A model generated the notes under the pieces. The model made no database searches, had not been told where the DNA came from, and saw nothing but the letters and a program-made list of their open reading frames with translations. A stretch of 64,000 bases of DNA, taken from the NCBI GenBank assembly GCA_963713975.1, contig OY970218.1, positions 1,504,001-1,568,000 on the forward strand, in the 5' to 3' direction. Shown here piece after piece: positions 39,655 to 49,133 of this stretch. Source of the DNA: an uncultured Chloroflexia bacterium (GTDB lineage: Bacteria > Chloroflexota > Limnocylindria > Limnocylindrales > CSP1-4). Each line of letters begins with the position of its first letter. Positions within the stretch are counted from its first letter, which is position 1. A program made the translations under genes and the position numbers.

Positions 39655-40628
39655 GACTCTTCCCTCGAGACGAGCTCGTGCGCGGCGTGAACGATGTCCG
39701 CCGCCTGTGGGAGCTCGGCCTCGTACAAGGTGGGGCTGTGGGCGATCGGTGCGTGCTTGGCGCCGACCCGCGTGACGGGAGCGGCGAGCCAGTCGAACAC
39801 GGACTCCTGGATCCGCGCCGCCACCTCGGAGGCGATGCTGCCGAAGCAGGGCGCTTCCGTGACGGCCACCAGGCGGCCGGTCTTCCGAACGGACTCGGCC
39901 ACGGTCTCGAAGTCCAGCGGCATCACCGTCCGGAGGTCGATCACCTCGGCCTCGATCCCGCTCTCGGCGAGGGTCGCGGCGGCCTCCATCGCCTTGAACA
40001 CCATCTGGCTGTAGCTGACAATGGTGACGTCGTTACCGGACCGGCGGATCGCGGCCTTGCCGAACGGAACGAGATCGTCCGGGCCTCCGACCTCCCCACG
40101 GGTGCCGCTGAGCTTCTTGTGCATCATGAAGATCACGGGATCCTCGCCCCGCAGCGCGGACTTGAGGAGGCCCTTCGTGTCGGCGGGCGTCGACGGGATC
40201 GCGACCAGGAGCCCCGGCATGTGCGCGAACATAGCCTCGAGGCTGTTGTTGTGCTGGGCGGCGTAGAGCGCGACGCCGGATGTCCCCCGGATGACGAGCG
40301 GCAGCGGGGTGCCGAACATGTAGCGCATCTTGGCTGCCTGGTTGACGATCTCGTCCATCGCGCCGAACGAAAAGTCGATGAAGTTGAGATCGACGACGGG
40401 CCGCATCCCGTTGAGGGCGGCCCCGACCCCGGTCGCAACCATTGCGGCCTCCGAGATCGGCATATCCCGCACCCGGGAAGCGCCGAACTCCTTGCCCAGC
40501 CCGAACACCTGGCCGAAGTGGCCGCCCCGGTCGAGCAGGTCCGTGCCGAGCACGAAGATCCGGTCGTCGCGGGCCATCTCCTCCCGCATGCCCTGCTGGA
40601 ACGCCTGGGCGTAGGTCGCCAGCGTCAT
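39651..40628 (-). CDS. ThDP-dependent dehydrogenase E1 beta (acetoin/pyruvate type)
   Basis: DMPISEAA, DEIVNQAAK, AQHN and IDLRTVMPLD. Confidence 0.93.
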   Translation of the reverse strand: MTLATYAQAFQQGMREEMARDDRIFVLGTDLLDRGGHFGQVFGLGKEFGASRVRDMPISEAAMVATGVGAALNGMRPVVDLNFIDFSFGAMDEIVNQAAKMRYMFGTPLPLVIRGTSGVALYAAQHNNSLEAMFAHMPGLLVAIPSTPADTKGLLKSALRGEDPVIFMMHKKLSGTRGEVGGPDDLVPFGKAAIRRSGNDVTIVSYSQMVFKAMEAAATLAESGIEAEVIDLRTVMPLDFETVAESVRKTGRLVAVTEAPCFGSIASEVAARIQESVFDWLAAPVTRVGAKHAPIAHSPTLYEAELPQAADIVHAAHELVSREES

Positions 40629-41671
40629 CGTGCGTTCCCCAGTCCGAGCTCGAGTCCGGTCACATCGCGCGTCGCGTCGACGGGATCCGGAAGGGGTGAT
40701 GCATCGGCGAAGGCGATCGCCTCGTCGACGGTCGCGCGTGCCGTATTCACCATGTCGTCGAACCCCTCTTCCTCGAGGCTGCCCGCGCGCTGGAGCGACT
40801 GCCGCAGCCTCTGGACCGGGTCCTTCGTGTCGCGCCACTCATCGACCTCCTCCCGCGTGCGGTAGTTGATGATCTGGCCGGTGCTGTGCCCCTCGTAGCG
40901 GTACGTCCTGGCCTCGATGAACGTGGGGCCATCGCCCCGGGCGGCCCGCTCGCGTGCCGCAAGCGTCGCGCGATACACGGCCACGACGTCCTGGCCGTCC
41001 ACCGCCTGCGAGGGAAGGCCGAAGCCCTCGGCGCGCTTGGTGATCGAGCCGCCACCGGTGAGCTTCTCCGTGGAGGTCTCGACGGCGTACATGTTGTTCT
41101 CGCAGACGGCGATCAGCGGCAGCTTCCAGACCGCCGCGATGTTGATGCTCTCCCAGGTACGGCCGGTGTTGGCGCCGCCGTCTCCGAAGAGACCGACGGA
41201 AACTTGGTCGAGGCCCCGAAGCTGCGACCCGAGAGACGCACCCATCGCGATCCCCAGGCCGGCACCGACGATCCCGTTGCCGCCCAGGAAGCCGACCGAC
41301 CGATCCGCGAGGTGCATGCTGCCGCCGCGACCGCCACGGCACCCGGTCGCCTTGCCGTACAGCTCCGCCATCAGCGAGCGGGGAGCGAGGCCCTTGGCGA
41401 GCGCGTGATGATGCGAGCGGTGGGAGCAGGCAAGGAGGTCCTGCGGTTCCAGGGCCGCGGCGATCCCGACCGCCACGGCCTCCTGGCCGATCGACAGGTG
41501 GAGCCCGCCCGGGATCTTGCCGCTCATCGACAGGGCGTCGAGGCTCGACTCGAACTCGCGGATCAGCAGCATCTCAGCCAACCACGAGGTCAGTCGCTCG
41601 ACATCCAGGCCGCTGACATCGATCGGCAGGTAATCGCGAGCCGGCAGGCCCGCCGTGGACGTCAGGGTCAT
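40625..41671 (-). CDS. ThDP-dependent dehydrogenase E1 alpha
   Basis: HLSIGQEA, GGSMH, GDG...ENN and TYRYEGH. Confidence 0.94.
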   Translation of the reverse strand: MTLTSTAGLPARDYLPIDVSGLDVERLTSWLAEMLLIREFESSLDALSMSGKIPGGLHLSIGQEAVAVGIAAALEPQDLLACSHRSHHHALAKGLAPRSLMAELYGKATGCRGGRGGSMHLADRSVGFLGGNGIVGAGLGIAMGASLGSQLRGLDQVSVGLFGDGGANTGRTWESINIAAVWKLPLIAVCENNMYAVETSTEKLTGGGSITKRAEGFGLPSQAVDGQDVVAVYRATLAARERAARGDGPTFIEARTYRYEGHSTGQIINYRTREEVDEWRDTKDPVQRLRQSLQRAGSLEEEGFDDMVNTARATVDEAIAFADASPLPDPVDATRDVTGLELGLGNAR

Positions 41672-42849
41672 GCGAGGTCAACCTCCTTCTCGAGAAGCTC
41701 CGCGTCTTCGGCGGCAGCGGTGAATGCGAGCAACAGGCGGGCGGCGTCGTCGCCATCCAGGTAGCGGTGGTCCACGTTCAGCGTGGCGAAGAAGGTCTCC
41801 CGGACCGACAGCACGCCGTCGGCGACCCACGGACGAGGCATGACGCGACCCACGGTCAGGAGACTCATCTGGCCGAGGGCGATCACGCCTGTGAAGCTGT
41901 CGATCCCCTGCGCGCCCAGGTTGGACAGCGTGGACCGCGGGGGCTGGAGGAGGTCGGCCGGCAGAAGACGGCCATCTCTGGCACGCGCTACCGCCGCCAT
42001 CCGCTCACGCCGGAGCCCGCCGAGGTCGAGCGCCAGCACGCCGCGGATCACAGGGATCGCGACACCGTGCGGGGTCGCGACGGCGACCCCGACGTCGACC
42101 GCTCCCGGCTCGCCGCCCTCGCGGAGTGCGAGCGCCAGGGCACGCAGCATGAGATCGGTCAGGCTGGGACGATCCTGATCATCGACCCATCGTCGGCGCA
42201 GGGCATGCAGCGCGGAGGCATCGACCTCGCGTGCAACCGCGAAGTGCGGGATCGTCTGCCACGACTCGGACACCTTCGCGGCGATCAGGTCGCGGTGTTT
42301 GCCGGCGGCCCTGCCGGAAGCGGCGGTACCGGGCACGGGAGCTGTGGTGGAGTCCGCCCCGGTGTTGGTGCCTGCGTTCGTAGGCGTGGCACCCTGGGCA
42401 AGCTCGCGCTCACGGGCAAGCCGCCGCTCCCGCGGGCTGAGCCGGTTGGGGGCCCGCTGTCCCGGCACCGCCTCGACATCCGCGGCAGCTGCCTGCGGCG
42501 CGGCGTCGCTATCCGTGCTCGGTCCGGGAGCGGGCGCATGGACGTCGGCGACAGGCACGACCGGTGCGGCCGCTTGCGACAGGTCCACGAGCGGGGCTGC
42601 CTCGTCGCCCGGCTCGAGGACGTGCGTCATCTCGACGCCGACCGGGACCACGGCGCCGGGCTCGAAGAGCTGCGGCCCGAGGACGCCGTCGACCGGGCTC
42701 TCGACCTCGACCGTCGTCTTGTCGGTCTCAATCTCCATGATGGGTTCGCCCTTGCCAACGGCGTCGCCCGGCGCCTTCAGCCACTGCAGCAGGAGACCCT
42801 CGCTCATCGCGACGCCGAGCGCCGGCATCACAACTGGCTTCACACCCAC
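41668..42849 (-). CDS. dihydrolipoamide acyltransferase E2
   Basis: Lipoyl motif EIETDKT; catalytic TLSNLG and DHRYLDG. Confidence 0.9.
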   Translation of the reverse strand: MGVKPVVMPALGVAMSEGLLLQWLKAPGDAVGKGEPIMEIETDKTTVEVESPVDGVLGPQLFEPGAVVPVGVEMTHVLEPGDEAAPLVDLSQAAAPVVPVADVHAPAPGPSTDSDAAPQAAAADVEAVPGQRAPNRLSPRERRLARERELAQGATPTNAGTNTGADSTTAPVPGTAASGRAAGKHRDLIAAKVSESWQTIPHFAVAREVDASALHALRRRWVDDQDRPSLTDLMLRALALALREGGEPGAVDVGVAVATPHGVAIPVIRGVLALDLGGLRRERMAAVARARDGRLLPADLLQPPRSTLSNLGAQGIDSFTGVIALGQMSLLTVGRVMPRPWVADGVLSVRETFFATLNVDHRYLDGDDAARLLLAFTAAAEDAELLEKEVDLA

Positions 42850-42931
42850 CTCCCGTCGGCTGAGCCCGCGCCCTGCCCGCTTTGGCGGCAGTGCCGGCCG
42901 TCCGTTGCGCCTGGACTTTCGATCTACGATA

Positions 42932-42951
42932 GTACTTCATATACGAAGTAC
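42932..42951. promoter_or_regulatory. palindromic GntR-type operator GTACTTC-ATATAC-GAAGTAC
   Basis: 7-bp dyad in an AT-rich divergent promoter next to the GntR gene; TATACT at 42973. Confidence 0.65.
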
Positions 42952-43019
42952 CTATCCGGTCGTCGATAGGGCTATACTGCCGAGAACCCACTCGGTCCCT
43001 CTACCCAACGAGTCTGCCA

Positions 43020-43808
43020 GTGAATGCATTTCGCGCAGGCGCAGCCCTCCAGGGATCGAGCGTCGCTCTCGGTCTGCGAACGCGTCAAGCCGCGATCTAC
43101 GACGCCCTCACCCGCATGATCGGAGAGCTCGAGTTCGCGCCCGGGTCCCGCCTCGTGGAGGCGGACCTCGCGGCTCACTTCCAGATGTCCAAGACGCCCA
43201 TCCGAGAGGCGCTGCTGCTCCTCCAGGCGGATGGTCTCGTCCAGCTCGAGCCGTACCACGGCGCCACCGTCACCTGGCTGTCCATCCAGGAGTACGAGGA
43301 GCTGCTGTTCATCCAGGATTCGCTGGAACAGCCGGCGCTGCCGCGCATCGCCGCGCGGATCACCCGCCGCGACTGCGACGACCTGGGTCGCCTCGTGCGG
43401 CGGCTCGAGCGACGTCGCAAGGATCACGACAGCCGCGGGTTCTTCGAGGACTCGTCCCTGATGCACGAGCGGCTCCTCGACCTGGCGGGCCTGGCCCGGC
43501 TCGGCCACCTCGTGATGTCCCTGATCACCAACCCGGGGCGGCGCTACGAACGCGTCTTCCTGCACCAGATCGATGACGTCTGGGACACTGAGCTCGGGAT
43601 CCTCCGCGACCGGTTCGAGGGTCTCCGCGACGGCGATCCGGAGGCGGCGTCGGCGAGCGTCCGACGCGGGCGGAAAACGATGCTGGAGCAGGTCCGCAGT
43701 CGTCTCGACCACCCGGCGATTGCCCCGTACCTCGCACCATCCGCCACGCTCCCGCGTCCTCGGAAGACGCCGGCGCGCAGGAAGGCCGCGAGCGCCGTCG
43801 CGAAGTAG
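43020..43808 (+). CDS. GntR family regulator (FCD domain)
   Basis: PGSRLVEADLA..MSKTPIREAL. Confidence 0.92.
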   Translation: MNAFRAGAALQGSSVALGLRTRQAAIYDALTRMIGELEFAPGSRLVEADLAAHFQMSKTPIREALLLLQADGLVQLEPYHGATVTWLSIQEYEELLFIQDSLEQPALPRIAARITRRDCDDLGRLVRRLERRRKDHDSRGFFEDSSLMHERLLDLAGLARLGHLVMSLITNPGRRYERVFLHQIDDVWDTELGILRDRFEGLRDGDPEAASASVRRGRKTMLEQVRSRLDHPAIAPYLAPSATLPRPRKTPARRKAASAVAK

Positions 43809-43852
43809 GCGGGCAGCCCCCGCGCGGGTGACGGGCAGCCCCGACCGCGGCG

Positions 43853-45076
43853 TCAGGACATCGCTGACGAGCTGCGGACCCGCACGTCGTCTGCGGAACG
43901 AAACCCGTCCCGAAGGGCGGCCCCATGACCAGGCCGGTCCTGTGGGCGCAACCGGCCCGCCTCGAACGCCGGCATGCCTTCGACGATCTCCTCGTACCAG
44001 CCGAAGTAGTAGGCCCGGACCATCTCCTGAAGGAGTGCGTTCTCCGCGTGCACGCAGAGGTGGACGCCGACCGCGAGGGTGACCGGCCCGGTGCAGTCAT
44101 GGGGCATGAACGGGCGCAGGTAGATGGCCGCGAAGTCGGCAACCTTGCGGGCGACCGTCACCCCGCCGACCCAGGAGGGGTCCGTCATGATGATCCCGAC
44201 GCCCGCCTTCTCGAGCAGCTCCCGGTACGGGAACGGACTGCCGAGGTTCTCGCTCGCAACCGTTGGGATCGTTGTCGAGCGCACGAACTCGGCAAGCACA
44301 TCGATGTTGTCCATGGGGATCGGGTCCTCGATCCACATCGGGCGGTACGCTTCGGCCGCTCGTGCGATCTGCACGGCCGCGGGCAGGCTCCACCGCCCGT
44401 GCAGCTCGAGCGCGACCTCGATCCGGTCCCCGTGACTGTCACGGATCCGGCGGAGGGGCTCGAGCCCCTTGTCGATGTCGCGGGGGTGGATCCACGTGCC
44501 GCCGGTCTCCACGGCCAGTTCGTCGAACGGCCAGATCTTCATGACCCGGAAGCCCATCTCGAGGAGGCTGTCCGCAAGCGCCTCGGGCTCATGCTGGAAC
44601 GCCCGCAGATCCTCATACTGTCGCCCGGGCGTCACCTTCCCGAAGAGCCTGTCGCCCGGAACCGCCTGGGCCCGACCATACTCGGGTCCGCCACAGGTGT
44701 TGTAGGCGGCGATGTCCGGGCGGGCCGCTCCACCGAGCGACTCCCACATCGGCTGACCGCGGCGCTTGCCGGCGAGATCCCAGAGCGCGATGTCGATGGC
44801 GGACGCACCACGTGCCTCGGCGCCGATCCCGCTGCGGCCCCAGTAGCGGTAGAGGGCGGCCCAGTGGCGCGGGATGTCCCGGGCGTCCTGCCCGAGGAGG
44901 TATGGGGCGGCCGTCTCGTGGATGTACCCCGTCACGGCCTGGGCGCCGAAGTAGGTCTCACCCAGGCCGATCAGGCCATCGGCAGTCTCGATCTCGACGA
45001 AGACGAGGTTCGGGTATCGGTCCGCGACAAGCGTCGAGACCCGGGCGATGGAGGTCAGCAGGCCTGACACGAGCAT
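43853..45076 (-). CDS. mandelate racemase/enolase superfamily sugar-acid dehydratase
   Basis: GLGET, SAIDIALWDL.GK, KIWPF, ELHG.W, WIEDP, ASEN and PHDCTGP. Confidence 0.9.
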   Translation of the reverse strand: MLVSGLLTSIARVSTLVADRYPNLVFVEIETADGLIGLGETYFGAQAVTGYIHETAAPYLLGQDARDIPRHWAALYRYWGRSGIGAEARGASAIDIALWDLAGKRRGQPMWESLGGAARPDIAAYNTCGGPEYGRAQAVPGDRLFGKVTPGRQYEDLRAFQHEPEALADSLLEMGFRVMKIWPFDELAVETGGTWIHPRDIDKGLEPLRRIRDSHGDRIEVALELHGRWSLPAAVQIARAAEAYRPMWIEDPIPMDNIDVLAEFVRSTTIPTVASENLGSPFPYRELLEKAGVGIIMTDPSWVGGVTVARKVADFAAIYLRPFMPHDCTGPVTLAVGVHLCVHAENALLQEMVRAYYFGWYEEIVEGMPAFEAGRLRPQDRPGHGAALRDGFRSADDVRVRSSSAMS

Positions 45077-45206
45077 CTCCAGACGCGATCGGAGGGTCGC
45101 AGATCCACGCGGTGATCAGATACGATACATGATGCGCTCGGGTGGGCTCCGGGTCCGCCGGCGCGCGGCCATCTCACCGGTTGTCCGGTGCATCGAGGAG
45201 GCGTTC

Positions 45207-46070
45207 ATGCTGCTCATCGAGGCGATCCCGCAGGCGTCGGGACTGGGCTTTCCGGAGGGCCCGCTCGTCCTTCCGGACGGGCGCCTCGCGTTCGTCGAGG
45301 AGTACGGCGGATGCGTGTCCGTGCTCGAGGACGGCCGGGTCACGTGCCTCGCCCAGGTCGGTGGCAATCCCAACGGGCTGGCGCTGGGCCCCGACGGCCG
45401 GATCTACGTCACGCGTGGCCGCGGGGCGGTGGGGAACTGGCGCGCGGACCCGCCGGTGACGCCCGCCATCGTCGCGGTCGACCCCGCGACCGGCGCCTGG
45501 GATGTCGTCACGACCACCGCCAGCGGCCGGCCCCTTCGCGCGCCAAACGACCTGTGCTTCGGGCCCGACGGGATGCTCTACTTCACCGACCCCGACGACT
45601 TCGACCCGGCCGCGGACTTCCACGGCTGGATCTGCCGCACGGGCCCGGCCGGGACCGAACTGGTCCACGAGCTCGGCAACACGTTCCCCAATGGCCTGGC
45701 GTTCGATCCCGCAGGACGCCTGGTGTGGATGGAGTCGCACACGAAGCGCGTCATCGGTGCGACGCCCGACGGCGGCTGGGAGACCCTCGCGCAGCTCGGC
45801 GACGAGACGACACCGGACGGCTGCGCCTATGCGGCCGACGGCCGGCTTGCCGTGGCGACCCTGTTCTCGGGTGGCCTCGAGATCGTCGAGTGGACGTCGG
45901 ATGGCGCCAAGCTCGACCGGATCACGTGGGCCGAGGGCGTCGTCCTCACGAATTGCTGCTTCGACGGCAGCTCGATTTGGGTCACCGACGTCGGCAGCGA
46001 CTGGGACAAGTCGCACGACTCCGGGAAGCTCTGGAAGCTCGAGACGACGCTCACGGGCCTGCCGCTCTAG
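45207..46070 (+). CDS. SMP-30/gluconolactonase family protein
   Basis: FPEGP, PNGLA, PNDLCF, PDG and TNCCF; GAGGAGG RBS. Confidence 0.9.
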   Translation: MLLIEAIPQASGLGFPEGPLVLPDGRLAFVEEYGGCVSVLEDGRVTCLAQVGGNPNGLALGPDGRIYVTRGRGAVGNWRADPPVTPAIVAVDPATGAWDVVTTTASGRPLRAPNDLCFGPDGMLYFTDPDDFDPAADFHGWICRTGPAGTELVHELGNTFPNGLAFDPAGRLVWMESHTKRVIGATPDGGWETLAQLGDETTPDGCAYAADGRLAVATLFSGGLEIVEWTSDGAKLDRITWAEGVVLTNCCFDGSSIWVTDVGSDWDKSHDSGKLWKLETTLTGLPL

Positions 46071-46157
46071 GTCAATCGCCCGGGGGCGGTCCGCCGGGAC
46101 GCGCCGTCGCGATCGAGGCAGCCCCGGCGCACCCGCCAGCGCAGATGTCTCGCGCCG

Positions 46158-46940
46158 TCAGGCTGGGTCCTGCGCCAGGTAGTCGTGCAGGACGCATCCG
46201 CCGACCAGGTCGAACTCGGCTCGCCAGTGGTAGCCGTCGAGGAACTCGAGGACCGGCAGCCGGTACATCGGCACGGCCGCGTTCGGCCGGATCTCGACCG
46301 TCCCCGGGCCGGACCAGCATTCGATGACGCGGATGTTCTCCAGGTTGCGCGCCACGAGCTGTCGGATCGCGATCGTGCCGTCCATGTTGGGGATCAGCTT
46401 GAGGTTGATGTTGGTGACCATGTCGACGCGCGAACGGAGCTCGTCGAATGAGCCAGGGCGCTGCTTGTAGGGAAGGGTGCCCGTGAGGACCTCGATCCCG
46501 TTCGCGAACACCGTCCCGACCACCAGGTCGCCTCTCGTCTCGAGGTCGACGACGGCCGCGCGCTTGGGTTGCCCCTGGACCTCCCGGCCCAGGGCGATCG
46601 CACGGTCGCTGTCGAGGAAGAACCAGGGCGAGTAGCAGCCGGTCACGACGCCCTGCGCCGTATCAAGCCGCACCCCGACCATGACGTTGCACTCGTGGAT
46701 CCCGGCGCCAATGCCCGGCACATCGCCCATGCGGGCGACGTGCAGCAGTACCGAGTCACCGGTTGGTTCGAGCGGCTCCGGTACCAGCCGCCGGATCGCG
46801 GCCGGGTCCGTCCGGTACTCGAGCGTGAGTAGCTCGATGTCCCGGAACGGGATCGGATACCGCGGATACAGCGGGGCATCGAGCGGAGTCGACCACGCGC
46901 CTCGGGCGTCGAGCCGCTCGTCGTGGCTGCCCCTCGTCAT
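46158..46940 (-). CDS. acetoacetate decarboxylase family protein
   Basis: YRTDP..IRRLVPEPLE, GREVQGQPKR (Schiff-base Lys), LKLIP and W.GP. Confidence 0.88.
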   Translation of the reverse strand: MTRGSHDERLDARGAWSTPLDAPLYPRYPIPFRDIELLTLEYRTDPAAIRRLVPEPLEPTGDSVLLHVARMGDVPGIGAGIHECNVMVGVRLDTAQGVVTGCYSPWFFLDSDRAIALGREVQGQPKRAAVVDLETRGDLVVGTVFANGIEVLTGTLPYKQRPGSFDELRSRVDMVTNINLKLIPNMDGTIAIRQLVARNLENIRVIECWSGPGTVEIRPNAAVPMYRLPVLEFLDGYHWRAEFDLVGGCVLHDYLAQDPA

Positions 46941-47012
46941 CTGGCACCTCCTCGATGTGGGGCGGGACGCCCGCCCAGACTACTGCCTTGCTGCGCCGTC
47001 GCCGGCGCGCCG

Positions 47013-48230
47013 TCAGCGCCCGCGCAGGCGGGCATGCTCCGGGGTGAGCTCGTCGATCGACGATGCACCGAGCAACTTCATCGTCCGGATCATCCCCCGC
47101 TGCATGATCTCGGTCGCTCGCTCCACGCCGCGCTCGCCGCCGGCCATGAGGCCGTACAGGTACGCCCGGCCGATCAGGCAGGCTCGGGCGCCAATCGCGA
47201 CGGCCGCGATGACGTCGGCGCCGGACATGACCCCGCCGTCCATGAACACCTCCGCTCGTCCACCCACGGACTCGAGGACGCGCGGCAGCTGCTCGAGCGG
47301 GGTCACCACCCGATCCAGCTGGCGGCCACCGTGGTTCGACACAATGACAGCGTCCGCGCCACGCTCGACCACCGCGAGCGCATCGGCGGGGTGCTGCAGT
47401 CCCTTCACCACGAGGCTGCCGGGCCACAGGCCCCGCAGCCACTCGATGTCGTCAAGGGTGAGGGACGGGTTGAACACGCGGTCCATCAGATCCGCGGCTG
47501 TCCCGTGGAACCCTCGCGGCGTCGCAAACTGGAGCGGCTCGGTCGTCAGCAGGTTGAACCACCAGCCCGGATGCACCGCGATGTCCGCGATCGTCCCGAC
47601 GCGTAGGGATGGTGGGATCGTGAAGCCGCTCCGGATGTCGCGCAGCCGGGCTCCTCCGGCGGGCGTGTCGGCAGTGAGGATCAACGTGCCAAAGCCAGCG
47701 TCGCGGGCCCGGAGGACGAGCTCCTGGCTGATGCCTCGATCGCGCCAGACGTAGAGCTGGAACCAGTGGCTTCCGCCCGGATCCCCCTGCGCCAAGGCCT
47801 CCGGCGTGGTCGTGCCCACCGTCCCGAGGGCGTAAGGGATGCCTGCGCGATGGGCGACCCGCGCAACGGCCACCTCTCCCTCGTGGTGCATCAGCCTCGT
47901 GAACCCGGTCGGCGCGAACACGAGTGGCATCGCCGCTGGACGACCCAGGATCGTGGTGGCGGGGCTCGCGTTCGATACGTCGCGGAGGACGCGCGGCATG
48001 AACTCGACCGAGTCGAAGGCCGCTCGAGACCGCGCCAGGCTCAGCTCACGTTCCGCGCCCCCGTCAACGTAGTCGAACACGGCACGCGGTGTGTGGCGCC
48101 TCGCCAGCTTGCGCAGGTCGTCGATGCTTGCGGCGCCCGAGAGCCGGCGGTCCACCGCCGAGCCGCGGATCGGCTCCAGCTGGAGAAATGGGCTGAGATC
48201 CGCCCAGCGCGGGATTCGTCGTCGTGTCAC
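47013..48230 (-). CDS. lldD: FMN-dependent alpha-hydroxy acid (L-lactate) dehydrogenase
   Basis: FDYVDGGA, APTG, WFQLY, SNHGGRQLD and DGG..SG.D. Confidence 0.88.
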   Translation of the reverse strand: MTRRRIPRWADLSPFLQLEPIRGSAVDRRLSGAASIDDLRKLARRHTPRAVFDYVDGGAERELSLARSRAAFDSVEFMPRVLRDVSNASPATTILGRPAAMPLVFAPTGFTRLMHHEGEVAVARVAHRAGIPYALGTVGTTTPEALAQGDPGGSHWFQLYVWRDRGISQELVLRARDAGFGTLILTADTPAGGARLRDIRSGFTIPPSLRVGTIADIAVHPGWWFNLLTTEPLQFATPRGFHGTAADLMDRVFNPSLTLDDIEWLRGLWPGSLVVKGLQHPADALAVVERGADAVIVSNHGGRQLDRVVTPLEQLPRVLESVGGRAEVFMDGGVMSGADVIAAVAIGARACLIGRAYLYGLMAGGERGVERATEIMQRGMIRTMKLLGASSIDELTPEHARLRGR

Positions 48231-48325
48231 TTGCCCTCCATCGGCTCGTGCTCCTCGGCGAGTCTGCCGATCATCCGGCTGCCGAGAAGACTGCGCGATT
48301 GTCACCTCCGCTGTCTCGAGCCTGG

Positions 48326-49078
48326 TCAGTGCATCACGAAGCCGCCCGAGACGTTGACATCCTCGCCCGTGACGAAGGCGGCGCCCGGACCGAGCAGGAA
48401 CTCGATCACCGTAGCGATCTCTTCGGCCGTGGCGGGTCGTCCCACCGGGGCCGACGCGCTCCTCGCCTCGAATCGGAGCATCTCCGGGGCGCCGATCTCG
48501 TGCAGGTGCGCGTCGACGGTCTCGTACATTGGGGTTGCCACGACTCCCGGGCAGACCGCGTTCACGCGGATGGCGGGGGCCAGGGCCACGGCCGCGCTCC
48601 GGGTCAGGCTCACCACCGCCGCCTTGCTCGCGTTGTAGGAGACGGTGTACGGCCCGGGGATCTTGGCCGCCATGGACGCCAGGTTGACCACGCTCGAACC
48701 GTGGGCGGCGCGGAGCAGGGGCAGCGCGGCGCGAATCATTAGGTAGGACCCGATGACGTTCACGCGGTACGACCGTTCCCAGTCGGATACGGAATGCTGG
48801 TCGAACGGTGCAACGGGGATGATCCCGGCACAGTTCACGAGCCCGTCGAGGCGATCGGTTTGCGCGGCGACCTGCTTGATGGACGCGCCGACGCTCGTCT
48901 CGTCGCCGACATCGCAGACGAGCGTCTGGACCGCCTCCAGCCCCGGATAGCCCAGGACTCGCTCGAGACGTTCGGCATGGTGGTCGAGCGCCCAGACCCG
49001 GTGCCCCGCTGCCGCGAGGCGGTGCGCAACGGCGAGCCCGATCCCGCTCGCCGCGCCGGTCACGAGGTACTCACCCAT
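48326..49078 (-). CDS. SDR family oxidoreductase
   Basis: TGAASGIG, NCAG and YNASK. Confidence 0.92.
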   Translation of the reverse strand: MGEYLVTGAASGIGLAVAHRLAAAGHRVWALDHHAERLERVLGYPGLEAVQTLVCDVGDETSVGASIKQVAAQTDRLDGLVNCAGIIPVAPFDQHSVSDWERSYRVNVIGSYLMIRAALPLLRAAHGSSVVNLASMAAKIPGPYTVSYNASKAAVVSLTRSAAVALAPAIRVNAVCPGVVATPMYETVDAHLHEIGAPEMLRFEARSASAPVGRPATAEEIATVIEFLLGPGAAFVTGEDVNVSGGFVMH

Positions 49079-49133
49079 CACCGCTCCCCGCCTATCCTTC
49101 GCGCGGCCGCCGGCCGCCGGCCGCCGGCTCTGC

